Of a stretch of 64,000 nucleotides of DNA, positions 31,241-46,675 are shown one piece after another. Every line of letters begins with the position of its first letter. Positions within the stretch are counted from its first letter, which is position 1. Location of the stretch: NCBI RefSeq assembly GCF_009914755.1, contig NC_060931.1; one strand, 5' to 3'. The notes beneath the pieces were generated by a model, which saw only the letters and a program-made list of their open reading frames with translations, did no database searches and was not told the origin of the DNA. The DNA comes from the human T2T-CHM13v2.0 reference genome, Homo sapiens. Made by a program: the position numbers and the translations under genes.

Positions 31241-31420
31241 TTATATATATATCTTTATATATATATTTATATATTTATATATATATCTTTATATATATAT
31301 ATTTATATATGTATATATATGCACACACACACATACACACACTCATATATACACATACATATATGTATATACACACATACATATAACACATATCCATACA
31401 CACACATATATGTGTTTAAT
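31182..31420. repeat. (TA)~25 perfect microsatellite, then imperfect (TA)/(CA) repeat
   Basis: Read directly; sits at the tail position of the reverse L1MB. Confidence 0.97.
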
Positions 31421-33320
31421 ATACACACATACCATAAATTCACACATTTAAAATGTACAATTTAATGGTTTTTAGTATATTCACAGACATGTGCAACCAT
31501 CACCACTGTCAACTTTAGAATTATTTTTATAACTTCAAAATAAGCTCCATAACGTTTAGTTATCACCCTCAGCCATTTCACATATTCCCCATCCTCCTTC
31601 ATCCCTAAGCAACCACTAATCTGCTTTCTATCTCTATAAATTTGATAATGCTGGACATTTTATATGAATTGAATTATAAAATATGCAGTCTTTTTTGTTG
31701 GTAGCTTCATTTGTGTGGCATAATGTTTTAAAGATTCACCTATGCTTTTGCTTGTGTAAGTACTTTATTCATATTTAGGGCTAACATTTCATTGTATGAA
31801 CAGATCACACTTTGTTCATCCATTCATCCATTGATGAGTACTTGGGTTGTTTCCACCTTTTAGCTATCATGAATAGTGCTACTAAAAACATTCATTTGCA
31901 AGATTTGTGTGAACATGTTACTTTATGTCTCTTCGGTATCTATGTAGGAGTAAAATTGCTGGGTCATATGGTAACTCTACGTTTAGTCATTTGAAGAACT
32001 GTCAGATGGTTTTTCGAAGTGGCTGCACCAATTTATATTCACACCAGCTGTATATTAGGGATGGGTTTGATTTCTCTAGATCCTCACCAATATTTGTTCT
32101 TTTCTGAGTTTTTTATTCTAGCCATTCTAGTGAGTATGAAGTAGTATCTCACTGTGGTTTTGATTTGTATTTCCCTGATGACTAAAGATGTCAAGCATGC
32201 ATTTATTGGCCATTTGTTTATTTTCTCTGGAGAAATGTCTATTTAGAGCCTTTGCTCATTTTTGAGTGGGTTGTCTTATTATCTACTCTAAAGAGCATTC
32301 TAATAGTTAATATACAAATCCCTTATCAGGTCTATGATTTGTAAACACTTTTTCCCATTTTGTGGGTTGTCTGTTTTACTTTCTTGATAGTGTGATGTGA
32401 ATCATTTAAGTTTTTAATTTTGATAAAGTCTAATTCATTTTTTCTTTTGTTGCTCATACTTTTGGGGCCAGATCTATGAATCCATTGCTAAATCCTACTT
32501 TATGCAGACTTTCCCCTATGTTTCCTTATAAAATTTTTCAAGTTTTAGCTCTTATATTTAAGTTTTAGACCCATTTTGAGTTAATTTCTGTATATAGCGT
32601 GAAGTTCCAATTTCATTATTTTGCATATGAATATCAAACTGTCCCAGTGCAATCTGTTGAAAAGACTATTGTGTCCCTACTGAATATTCTTGGCACTCTT
32701 GTCAAATATCAGTTGACCATAGGTACATGGGTTTATACCTAGGCTTTAAAATTAAGATCTATGTCTATCCTATGTAGTACCACATTAACTTCTTTACTGC
32801 TGCTTTGTAGTAAGTTTTGAAATTAGGAAATATGAGTCTTCCAATTTTGTTCTTTGTCAAGCTCATTTTGGATAATCTGGGCCCCTTGTAATTCCATATA
32901 AATTTTAAGATTGCCTTGTGCATTTCTACAAAATAACCAGCTTAAATTTTGATAGAGATTACACTACATCTGTGGATGAAGTTGGAGAGCACTGTCATCT
33001 TAAAATTAGAAGTCTTCCAATCTATTAACATGGGATGTTGTCTTTCAGTAATGTTTTGTAGTTTTCAGAGTATAAGTTTGTAATTACTTCCGTTAAATTT
33101 ATTTTTAAGTATTTTGTACTTTGTGATGCTATTATAAGTAGAATTGTTTTAATTTCCTTTTTTGCATTGTTCATTGCAAATACAGAGAAATTAAACAGAT
33201 TTCAAAAATATTGTTATTCTGCAGCATTGCTGAACTTGCCTATTAATTCTAATCATTTTAATGGGATTTCTTAGGATTTTTCTATATATAAGATCATATT
33301 TGCTGAGAATATAGGTCATG
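31420..33320 (-). mobile_element. Old L1 (L1MB-like) 3' end and ORF2 remnant
   Basis: Reverse 3' end aaaatgtacaatttaatggtttttagtatattcacag, then degenerate ORF2 antisense (gtagtatctcactgtggttttgatttg…). Confidence 0.88.
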
Positions 33321-33329
33321 TTTTCTTTT

Positions 33330-34160
33330 TTGTGCATAATTTTTTGTTAGAATTTGTACATTTTAGGTAATAGATTATAGTAAACCTGAGTAATGATCAT
33401 TCTTCAGACACTTAGTATTTATTTGGCTACTTGTTCAGTGGCTGGTTATGTTATTTTAGTGAAATCTATTCTCCCACTCTGTCCACAATGTGAAACCTCA
33501 GATGTTGCCCATCATAGGGCACAGATTTTGTAGGCTGATAGTCACCTTGGGATAACAGGGGTTTGGGCAGGCTCTCTTTGACTTTCTCTTTCAACAGATT
33601 ACACTAGCTGTTAAACTCCACTACTTGCAGCGGATTTTTCTGTTGTTTTCAACAACGTCCTGGGGCATAAATTGTTTCGCAGGCTAATCTATTCGAATTT
33701 GAGCTTCTTTGCAGGGATGGTTCCCAAGGACAATGTTTAAATTTTGTTCTGCCCTCATAAGGGGTCCTTCCAGCTGTCTCTTCCCCAGTTAATTATTTTC
33801 CGGCAGACTAGCTGACCTACATACAGTTCAGCCTACATCTCTAATAAATCTATCAATCATCTCCCCATTGTCTTTCACTACAACTTCCTCTTTTTTGAGA
33901 GTGTCTTTAGGCTGAACTTCTCCATACTCTATTACAAATGATGTCAGTTTCTTTGGAGAGGAATTTAGAGCTCTCCTTTCTAAGATCTGTTTCTCCCCCG
34001 CAGGCAAAATCTCTGAGTGATGGACAAGTTCTGGGCCCAAGAACAATGGCTACCTAATTTAATGATTCCACAACATAAACATATATCAAAACATCACATT
34101 GCACTCCATAAATGTATGTAATTATTTTTTGTCAATTAAAAATAAAAAATTTTAAAAGGA
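33330..34160. mobile_element. Old L1M fragments (5'-region-like piece, then a short + strand L1MA 3' end at ~34050-34160)
   Basis: atatatcaaaacatcacattgcactccataaat…tgtcaattaaaaataaa is an L1MA 3' terminus; the upstream part is less certain. Confidence 0.55.
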
Positions 34161-35452
34161 TAATTGTGAATAGTTTTTAGACTGAGAATACTACTTAATC
34201 AGGAAATTTAACTTCTATGAAATGTCACAGCTTTTATGACAAAACATAATTATTTTGTCTTTTAAGAATTATAATTGTGGAGTTTATCATTGTTTCTTTT
34301 AGAACTACATTGAAACCACAAACATAATGCTGATGATATTCAATATACATTAAACATAAAAGTAAAAAATAAAGTGTATCCTTTAAAAACATGAAATGAC
34401 TTAGGTGGTTATGAGGCAATATGAATTATATATAAAAAGAAATAAAGATTCAGTCAGACATACGAAACAATAAGTATATATTGTACAGAAAATGAGCCTG
34501 CAGTTTATGGCTTCAAACAGTTAAAGACCTGCTGTTTCACCTCCTGTCAATATTCCAGAGGCTGTTAAAGTCTCTATTTTAAAATAGACTTATATTTTCA
34601 TAACAGTATAGACTATTTCTTAGTTCTGTCTAAACTGTCCTATGTTAATGCATCAGCTTAACTTTCAATTATTTACTGTAACAGGGAGAAAAAGCTTGGT
34701 TAATAAAATCCAAAATTCATAACCAAATTATATATCATAGCCATTAGTGACCAACTTTTACATTTCAAACATTTAAAGAAATCTAGCAATAGCATCATTT
34801 TCATTTTTAATATCTTTTCAAGCAATTCTTAACCTATAGTGTACAGTCAGTCTAGAAGCACAGAGCATAAAAGTGGGGCAGCCAAGAACATGACATTCCA
34901 ATATAGCATTTAATCAAGTGTCCATTCTAATATTCAAGAATGTTATGACAAGATCAAAATCTTCATTTGGATAACAGTTTAATTCACACAATTACATTTC
35001 CTAAAGAAATGAAAATATTATAGGACTTGGTCTACATTTTCTCATTACATACAACTAAATTTAATCAGAAAGTATTTTTGAATAATATTAATATACGAGC
35101 ATCCCCTAGGGCTTTCAAAGATATATGTTTGTTTAACAAGGACAGAAAAGACTAAAGGAGGCAATAAAAATTTCTGGTGGAACTCAGACTTTTAATGATT
35201 CAAGCCAAATTCATTTTGAAGCATGAACATTGTTATATTCTGTGGTGCTATAGCTGAACTTGAATTGCTATGGGAGTTGATTTAAAACATTTGTTTTGAA
35301 AATGCATCACTTTCCTCTGATTGAGGAGTATTAGACAAGGTTAATAATATTATTTTTAAAATTAATATATCATACTACTCTAGTTATTTTACATATAAAG
35401 AAGGAATACTAAGTCCTATATTTTCAAGCATCTTTCAATTCTTGCACACTAA

Positions 35453-35528
35453 TGAAAAACAAAACATGAATCGCATTTGTATCTCTGCATTGAAAAACAA
35501 AACATGAATTGCATTTGTATCTCTGCAT
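35453..35528. repeat. 38-bp tandem duplication (2 copies, 1 mismatch)
   Basis: tgaaaaacaaaacatgaat(c/t)gcatttgtatctctgcat twice. Confidence 0.95.
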
Positions 35529-35779
35529 TGATAAATATATATTGCATGTTTCTTGAAAGCTATAACCTAAAAATGACAATAAAATGAATAGCTTAATTAA
35601 ATAATCTCTTGAAATAATTCTACATGTCTTTACCCCTCAAAAAATGAAAAAGTATAAATAAATTTGGCAAGATTTATAGACTTTGGGCTCTTGACAGATG
35701 ATCTAGTCAAATTCTTAACTTCATAAACAAGGAAATTAGATGAGGGTAGGGAAGTCACTTGTTTAAGATAATGATAAGG

Positions 35780-36092
35780 GGACTGGGCACGGTGGCTCAA
35801 GCCTGTAATCCCAGCACTTTGGGAGGCAGAGGTGGGTGGATGATCTGAGGTCAGGAGTTCGACACCAGCCTGGCCAACAGGGTGAAACTTTATCTCTACT
35901 AAAAATACAAAATATTAGTTGGTTGTGGTGGTGGGTGCCTGTGATCCCAACTACTCGGGAGGCTGAGGCAGGAGAATTGCTTGAACCCGGGAGGCGGAGG
36001 TTGCAGTCAGCCGAGATGGCACCACTGCCCTCTAGGCTGGGCAAGAGTGAGACTCTGTCTCAAAACAAACAAACAAACAAACAACAACAGCA
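35780..36092 (+). mobile_element. Alu (AluS-like)
   Basis: Full dimer, (CAAA)n/(CAA)n tail, TSD aagat(a/g)atga(t/c)aa at 35765-35777 and 36093-36105. Confidence 0.93.
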
Positions 36093-36187
36093 AAGATGAT
36101 GACAACAGGGCAGTCAAAGCAGAATAGATGACACAACCAGAAACAACTGCCTCTCAATGTTGTATTCTGCCCACTGAAGTTATTTCT

Positions 36188-36407
36188 TTGGGTTTCTCAA
36201 ACTCAGCACTACTGAGATTTGGGGTTGAAAGATTTGTTGCAGACGGACTGTGCTGTGCATTGTCAGATGTTTAGGAGTGTCCCTGGCTTCTGTTCAATAG
36301 ATCCTAGTAGCATCCCTTCCCTTTCCCCATTGTGACAATCAAAAATGCCTCCAGACATTCCCAAATATCCTCTAGGGGGTAAAATCTCCCCCAGTTGATA
36401 ACCACTG
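36188..36407. mobile_element. MER20 hAT-Charlie MITE
   Basis: ttgtgacaatcaaaaatgcctccagacatt…aaaatctcccccagttgataaccactg. Confidence 0.88.
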
Positions 36408-37167
36408 CTTTAACATTAGCGAAGCTGAAATTCTGGAGAAAGCCTTAAGATAGCAATAGAGGTCGAGAAAAAACAAAAGAAAAAAAAGTGAATTTGATTG
36501 TCTGGCCTCTATTTCCTTTGACCTTTCAGTACATATAAATTCCTTGAATACAGAGAAGGATATGACTAGTTGATTTTTGTTTCTTCATAGCCCTAACATA
36601 TCGAAGAAATACATGCAATGCATAAGCTCATTTGAAATGACATTATTTCAAAATAACTTCATTTTCAGAGAGGAAAATGTATTGGATATTTGATTATGTA
36701 CATCCTCTTAAATTCCAACAAGGCATAAAAATTGCCAAAAGATTACATTTGAAACTCATATGGCAACTTCTTACATAAGTGTGGAAGTGGCAAATTAACA
36801 GAGAACTCAAGTGGCGTTAGTTTTCTCTTTCATGCACCATTTGAATTGCCCTCAATTTTCATTTGCATCCCACACACCAGACTTCCTGCATTTACACAGC
36901 TCTCAAAGCTTCTGACAGCAACTTAAAGATTCAGGCTGTGGTTGGGGTGGACAGAAGTCTACCATAAGCAAAAATGGCTAGGGATGCTCACTGTATACAA
37001 AGCCATTTTTAATTAATGGTTTACTTTCCAATTATAGAAGAGAAATCATAACCTTGTTTTCTTCATAAGAAGCAAAAAAGAGAGCCTTAACTCAATCTTA
37101 TTACTATTATTTTCTTTTTTTTTTTTTTTTTTTTTTTGCATTCTATCTTTGAATCCTGAATCTCCAT

Positions 37168-37528
37168 TGTATTAGTTCATTCTCACACTGCTATAAAATA
37201 CTACCTGAGACTGGGTAATTTATTTAAAAAAGAAGTTTAATTGACTCACAGTTCCGCATGGGCTAGAAAAGCCTCAGGAAACTTACAACCATGGCGGAAA
37301 GTGAAGGAGAAGCAGGGCACACCTTATGTGGTGGCAGGGGAGAGACAGCAAGGGAAACTGCCACTTTTAAAACCATTATATCTTGTGAGAATTCCCTCAC
37401 CATCACAAGAACAACATGGGGGAACCGCCCCCATGATCCAATCACCTCCGTCCAGGTCCTTCCCTCCACACATGGCGATTACAATTGGAGATAAGATTTG
37501 GGTGGAGACACAGAGCCAAACCATATCA
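37168..37528 (-). mobile_element. MaLR solo LTR (MSTA/THE1D-type)
   Basis: tgtattagt…gccaaaccatatca; perfect 5-bp TSD tccat at 37163-37167 and 37529-37533. Confidence 0.92.
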
Positions 37529-39076
37529 TCCATAAAGTGTGCAAGTATAATAATTTGTGAGAAAAATAACACAATTATTTCAATTTGGTAACTAATAAAC
37601 AAATCTGAGCAGTTAAGTAGCTAGCACTTTCCACATAGCAGATAATCTCATAAAATATTAACTGGTTGTTTGAGTGGTTAAAATTTAACAAGAATTATTA
37701 AGTAAAATTAAATTATAAATGTGTCTTTTACCATCAAAATTTTAACAGTTCCTAAGTCGGTTTTTTTGTTTGTTTGTTTTTTGTGCAAAGTACCATATGA
37801 ACCTGCTATACCTAATAAAATTTGTTGAGGGTTACATAATGAAGCAAACAAAAATCATTCTCTACAATAGAGAAGAAAGGAAATATTATACTGATTGGTA
37901 ATTTGGAACACTAAATTGCATACTTTGGAACACTAAATCGCACATGTAACATATGTACAAAAATAAGAAGTGGTCAAATGTATATTGATTCGATATCTAA
38001 AATAATAATCTTCCCAGTATTATCTGAACTATAAAATGGGGGTGTCGTGGGTTGGGAGAATGTTATTTGGCTTACTGGAAGTCAAAGTTTTAGAGGAAAT
38101 ATTTCTTTTGTCATTTAACATGGCTGTATATGAAAGCAATAATGATATAATAAAGTCAATCTTCCTAACCACAGGGTATAGCAAAAATATCTGTAAAACC
38201 ACCATATGCTTCAGTTATTCAGTATTTCTTATAAACTATGATAGTTGTAAAATCTGACTGAAAAGCAGACATTTCATCTGATTAGGCCCTGATTTTTCTC
38301 AAGCAAGGTATATCTGATGCAATTCAATTTTAATGACATCATTTAGCCACTGCTAATATGACAATCTAATAAGTCTTGGGTGGTAAACTGTTACAGTGTC
38401 TACTTTCTTTTTAAGTCCAACCCATGTCCTTTTGTAGAGAAAAGAGCAGCACTCCAGAAAAGGAAAAGAGAAAAGGGGTTATGTAATTGTATTGGGGGTG
38501 GAGAGAAAAGAGAGATTCGTTTTTCCACGAATGCACTTTCCTTATGCAATGCTATTGCCTGAAATGTCCTTTACTCTTAAAAATCCTCCATCATAAGTTC
38601 TACTCATTCTTTATGACCCAGCTAAAATGCCTTCTGCTCCAAGACTTCCTTAATCTGCCTTCTGGAACACATATTACTTTTTATTTTCTCCTCAGATATT
38701 TGCATATATGCATGGATCTTTCTTATGGTGATGGGCATATTCTGACTCATGATAGCTATTTGTATTTAGAACTTATCTTCCCTATTAGTAAGTTCTTTAG
38801 TTGTATCAATGACCCTATCTTTCAATCTTCAGACTGTCTAATATAGAAATATTCAATTATTGTTTAATAATTTTTCCTCCTCCGTAGCACATAGGCAAAT
38901 GAATTTCCTAGAAATATAGAAAAATGAGGATGATCTAGAAGATATATTCTTTGGCTCATTCACCAAAATGATGGTTGTATAATACTGCAAAAGAGGCAGA
39001 CCTCTCTCAGGAGGAATATCACCAATGGGGATTCTAAGGGCCAAGATATTAATGTTACAACACTTAGATTCTTGCC

Positions 39077-39469
39077 TGTATGAGTTTTCTAGGGGTGCTA
39101 TAACAAAATGCCACAGACTGGGTGGCTTTAACAACTGAAATTTATTTTCTCATAGTTATGGATGTTGGAAGTCCGAGACCAATATATTGGCAGGTTTGAT
39201 TTTATCTGAGGCCTCTCTTCTTGGCTTGTAGATAGTCTACCTTCTTACAGTGTCTTCACATAGTTACTTCTCAGTCTGTGATGTTTGTACCCTAATCTCC
39301 TCTTGTTGTAAGAACACTAGTCATATTGGATTAGGGCCCATCCTAATGATTCCATTTTAACTTAATTACCTCTTTGAAGACCCTAGCTCCAGATACAGTC
39401 ACATTCTGAGGCACTGAGGGTCAGAGATAACACATATAAATTTTGGGAAACACAATTCAGCCTATCACA
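39077..39469 (-). mobile_element. MaLR solo LTR (MLT1A/B-type)
   Basis: tgtat…gctataacaaaatgccacagactgggtggctt…cacaattcagcctatcaca. Confidence 0.85.
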
Positions 39470-42400
39470 CTACCTATTTGAATTAATAAATGTCTAACTA
39501 TACCATTTTCCTTAATATTTCACCATGGCAAGTCCTAAAATGAATACAGGTACACAACTTGTATTTATTCTCTGTTGTATATATTTACCATGTTGTTTCA
39601 GATTGTATACCTATGTTAAAGAAATGCTAATTTTTAAATAAGAAATAGTATCTCTCAGGGAATGGTAAGAATTCTAGTTCCCCAGAACTTTTTCAAAAAG
39701 AATCTGAAAGTATTTCATAAACACTGTTTATCTAAGTGACTCTCTCTAAAATACCAGAATTAGGTCTTCCTGTGCTTTTGGATCTTAATACTATTTTGTT
39801 TTTCAAATTTGTATTATAAATCACAGAATATGAATACATACATATCTTGTGAATTCTTATTTTATTCCTGTTTGTTCTGACCCCAAAACATTCCTTTTCT
39901 GAAGGAATAAGACTTTGTATATATCCAAGGCCCCAAACATAAATGGGTGCATACAATTTAGGGATTTGATTCCATGTCTGAAAAATCAATTTTTTTAAAA
40001 AAGAGCCGTGGGTACTTTTGGCATTTCTCACACTCTGCCTTAATTTGTTCATAAATATGGAACATTAAAAGCAAAGCTGGGTTTTGCCCAGAAGCAAGAA
40101 TTTTAAAAGTAAGAAGAAAAATCAATATGAGACAACAAACTTATTGAAGTAGCACTAAAGGATAAAAATAGCTAATTATTTTTAAATGCACCAGCTAGGT
40201 ATAGTATCTTAACCTGTTCTTTCTTATCTTGAGAGCTACTAACACTCTACTATGAATATAAAGCAAAAGCCAAAAAAGGAAACAGGTCAAACTCCTAAGT
40301 ACTAAATGTAGATAAGCAAGGCAAAGAATGTTTCTTATTACATAAATCAAATTTGTTTACACTTTTTGACAGATACCACCACCACTCCTTTGGAAAGAGT
40401 GACACTGGGTAATTTGCCTTTATTTGATCATATTTTTAGCATCAAAGTACTTATGAGAGAATTGCTTATCATCTACCTACAAATGAATATATCTTTATAT
40501 GTACAGGCATGACATTTTTTAACATCAAAAAAGATGTATGATTAATTTTTAGGGAGTATCACACATAGTTTATACCTTAAGCCAAATACAATACATTATT
40601 ATAAAATAAGATATTAAAAATGAGCTCCTTCATCTCTTACATTGTCCTGTAAATATTCATTGAAGATACTGGAGATATTTTACATTATCATAGTCAATGT
40701 GATTTGCATATTGAGTTGAAAATCCACTTCTTTTGGTTTCCACATTATTAATAATGGAAAGAAGACTGCTATAAAGAACCCACAATATGTATATATGTAT
40801 CTTTACAATCTTGACATTGTTAGCATAAGCAGTAACAACTCTCACTTACTGAGGGTTTACAATTCTCCAGGTACTTTATTAAATTCATAAACATGATCAC
40901 ATCAATCCACAAAAATCCTTTGAAGAAATATTTCACTCCTTACAGATATGAAAATAATGGAAATTAAAGAATTTAAATATTCTCAAAGTCACATATGAAT
41001 AACTGGGAGATCCATGATATGAACCCAGGTTTGTTTGACTTCAAAGTCTATGGTTTTAACCAATAATTTATCCATCTACCTCTCACACACAACACACACA
41101 CCCCCACACCCACCTCAAGGATACACCACAGAATTGTCTTAACGAAACTCAGAAATGCAAGCAACAGGTATTTTATGTGAGGACCAGATAGAAGGTCCAA
41201 ATTTTGTTTCAGAATGGAGTTTCAATGAACTTTTTTTCCACAACTCCAGCATACACTCATCTTCCTTCACTGAACTTTGCTGGGATTTATAATCTAAACA
41301 ACATATTTTAGTGCTGGGTTGCATATTGTGTTATTAAATGTTTGCTGCTTTATATTCATCTGTCTTGTTTTCCCACATTTATTTAGAATTTAAATTTCAG
41401 ATTGTTATAGGATTATGGCATTACTATATCTAGTATTTTTATAACACGTAATTATGTTATGTGTCCAGAGCTCTTAAACAAGAATACTATACCTGTTCTT
41501 TAATAAACATGTTGCTAACTTGCATGAGTCATTAATCCATAGTAAAGACAGTACTTTGAAGGCCAGATCAGTTCAGGTGCCCTAGACTAAATTATCTTGC
41601 CACCTAGAAGATGAAACCACCATGAATTAGATCATATTTCAGGATCTTCTTCAGTGACATAAAGCCAACTGAGCTGTTGGTTAATTGCGGTTTCATCCAC
41701 ACCCCAGGTCACCCAGAAATCAAAACATCCTTGGAGAGATCAGGCAATTACAATATTTTACTCTTTCCCCCCAACTCCACACTAATACTGCAGGTAACTG
41801 CAAATTTACTTGACATTCTTTAAAAAGAAAGCAGTATTCCCTGAAGAAGACGGCTGAGTAGCTGACTGGCAGAATGTATGTAAAGGTATGATTACAAGCT
41901 TGTGAAACATGTGAGATTCATCCTTTCCTTTATTTATGGCAGCTTTATCATGCTCCAGACTCTCTATTCTCACCTACTGATGGTTTAAAGAGCACCATAT
42001 TACAAAGCTCACATATTCCTTTATGTTTTTTCAAATTTCAGCTTAAAAAAACTATTCTGAGCCCACTATAATACACTTACTTGGCTATTTAACATGCACT
42101 TTACCTATATTTGTATGATCATGTATTTCTTATCTTATACTTTCACACAATTGGGAAAGTTAAGTAACCTACACATAGAAGTTATTAGAACAGATTGCTT
42201 AGTCATGGTTGAATGTGATCCCAAACAACAATAATGTACTCTTTTGTATTTTGATCAAGCTGACTTAGCCACCAGCTGCTGTTTTTTCACTAAACTAATT
42301 GCTCCTACAGTCACCAAGTTCACCTCTTAGGGAACAGAAAGAAAAATAAGACACTTTCAGCCTGCTCTGTCAGTCTCTAATGTATAATATTTTGATGAAA

Positions 42401-42512
42401 TAGGGCAGTGACTACCTGAAAGATAAGAGCGGCAATATATGAAAAATAAATCCACTGACCAGCAAGGCATGATACAAAAGCACTTTATGGTCTGATAACA
42501 TGATGCAACATG

Positions 42513-43082
42513 TGTTGTACCCTATTAACACTGCAGTCAAGTCCAAGTTCCTACAGTTGAGTGCACAATGGCCAATATGTTGAGAAACAAGATGTTGGGG
42601 CAAGGAAGGTGGCATTATTTCCAAAAGCCAGCAAACCGAGAGGATGGCAGACTAATATCCTAAAGAACCATCTTAAGTTAACATGAATTTCAGGCTCCTT
42701 CTATTTTAGGGGAAGATGGAAGAGTGAAGGAGCTGAGGTCAAGAGGTTACCGATGATCACAGACATCTGTGTGACAGCAAGGGTCTAGGGTCTGGGGGCT
42801 TTGTGAAGCTTCTTTTTCTTGGTCAGGTCACAATGCTCCTACAAATCTTTAACACAACATTAGTACTTCTATGTATACCCTCCTTATCTCCTTAGGGGTT
42901 AGTTTTGGGAAGGAACTATTATCTCCTTGCTTTAAACTATAAACTAAATTCCTTCCATGGTTAGCTGGGCCTACTGCAGAGATAAGCAAAAGCGGTTAAG
43001 CTAAAAGATATCACCTTGGTGGGGAGTGAGTGGTTGGAAGCAAAATGGAGTTAGTCATGCTAGGTCTCCTTTTCACTGCTAC
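42513..43082 (-). mobile_element. ERV1-class solo LTR (MER4-group-like; subfamily uncertain)
   Basis: Minus strand begins gtagcagtgaaaaggagacctagcatgactaactccattttgcttc, followed by gaatttagtttatagttt, both typical of MER4-group LTRs. Confidence 0.65.
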
Positions 43083-43724
43083 GATTTAACAAAATAAGAT
43101 AAATTGAGGTTTCATCAGCTTATTATGAATAAATGGTACAAAAATTCTAGTCCCCATTCTCTCCCATCTTTCCTCAAATTTGTTATTTCTTCATATGATC
43201 TTCCGCTTCCTGACCCATATACAGTCTTCTTTCCCTAAGTACTAGCTCCAGTCCTCTGTTCTCGGTGTACCAAAGGGGATTCCAATCATTAATATTGTGT
43301 GATGGTTGAGGGCTTGAGTCTTTAGGTGAGGCAATCTGGGTCGGAAAGCCAGTTCTAGGGTACATTCTTTGACTGACTTATACTTGAACTATTCCTCATC
43401 TGAAAAACTGAAAAAAAAAAAAAAAAAAAAAAAAAAAAACACAAGCAAACAAAAAAAACTAGAAGTGCTTTTTAAAAAAAAAAAAAAAAAACAAAACCAA
43501 AAAAGCAAATACTTTCTAAACCAATTAGAATATTATCTGGCATAAAACACTCAGCAATGTAAGTTATTAGTGGTGGGAGTAATACTATTAATCTATATAC
43601 TATTATTTCTTGGCTTCAAACACCACACTCTACTTTTATTCCTTGACATTAACTATCATTTATACACTGTTGACTTCTAAATTGAAATTTCTTTTCTAGA
43701 CATCTATAAGAAAATGATTAAAAA

Positions 43725-45570
<1,846 letters not shown>

Positions 45571-45809
45571 CACAGGCTCTAGAGCTAGAATTATTTGGAA
45601 CCCAATACTATTTCTACTTCCAAGCTGTTTGAGCTCAGGTGTTACTTAACTTCCATAAGACTACAGTTACACTGGTAAAAAGGAAACACTGATAGTCCTA
45701 TTAATTGGATAATATTGATATTTATATGAGATAATGCTTATCATGTGTTGAGCATAGTGTCTCAAATTATTTTATTCCAAACTCATATTTGTAAACGACT
45801 TACTGGATG

Positions 45810-46675
45810 TTCTACAGGAATCAAAAATCAACAAGCCCCCAAAGTAAATTATCTTTACTCCTCTGCTTTCACACTTGGTGTCTCCTGTGCCTCTACCTCG
45901 TTGGTTGTTCTATAGCTGTTAGTACATTTGTACTAACTAGAAACAAAGATAATCTTGACGACTTTCCCTCTACTTTACTTCACATACATAATTGGTCACA
46001 AAATCATTTTAATCATATCATGTAATTAGTTTTATAATCCAACCTCTTCTCCCTTCATATTTCTGTATTAATCATCTTAATCTAATCTACTATATAATCC
46101 TCCAAATTGAAGTCTCAGACTTCAGGGTAACCTTTGTACTTCTTATTCATCCTCTACACTGCTGTCTGAATAATTTTTTAAAAGCCAAATAATATCCTAC
46201 TTATAATTCTTAAAAGGGTTTATATTTCCCTCTTGGGAAAGTTCTTCTTTCCCAGTAGGATGCATAATCTGTCTTTCTTACCTCTTTGGCATTACAGATT
46301 TACGTACAGTATTCAGTCATGTTAGCCCACTTGAAATTTACTATACATTCTCTATGCACTCATGTCATTCCTTTTTCCTGAGACACATCCCATCTCCTTT
46401 TTTCATCTAGACAATTCTTACTTATATTTGATACCCAGATTAGGCTTCACTAAATCACTTCCCTTTCCACGCTGCTCTTATAAATAATATGTCTTCACTT
46501 CTGTACCACTCCAGCTAACCATTACACACTGAAAAAGTTTGTTTTCCTATCCTTGCAAACTAAATGTAAGCAACCTGGAATCAACAATTACACAGAATTC
46601 AAACCTATATCCCAATAACTAGCTAAGTCATTAGGACATAAAATGTGCCCATCAAATATCTGTGAATGTTGGAAG
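45810..46675 (+). mobile_element. L2 LINE remnant
   Basis: Pyrimidine-rich L2 body ending ggacataaaatgtgcccatcaaatatctgtgaatg; boundaries approximate. Confidence 0.6.

Noticed and set aside
31135-31465. YI-repeat ORFs
   Set aside because: Translation of the (TA)n microsatellite.
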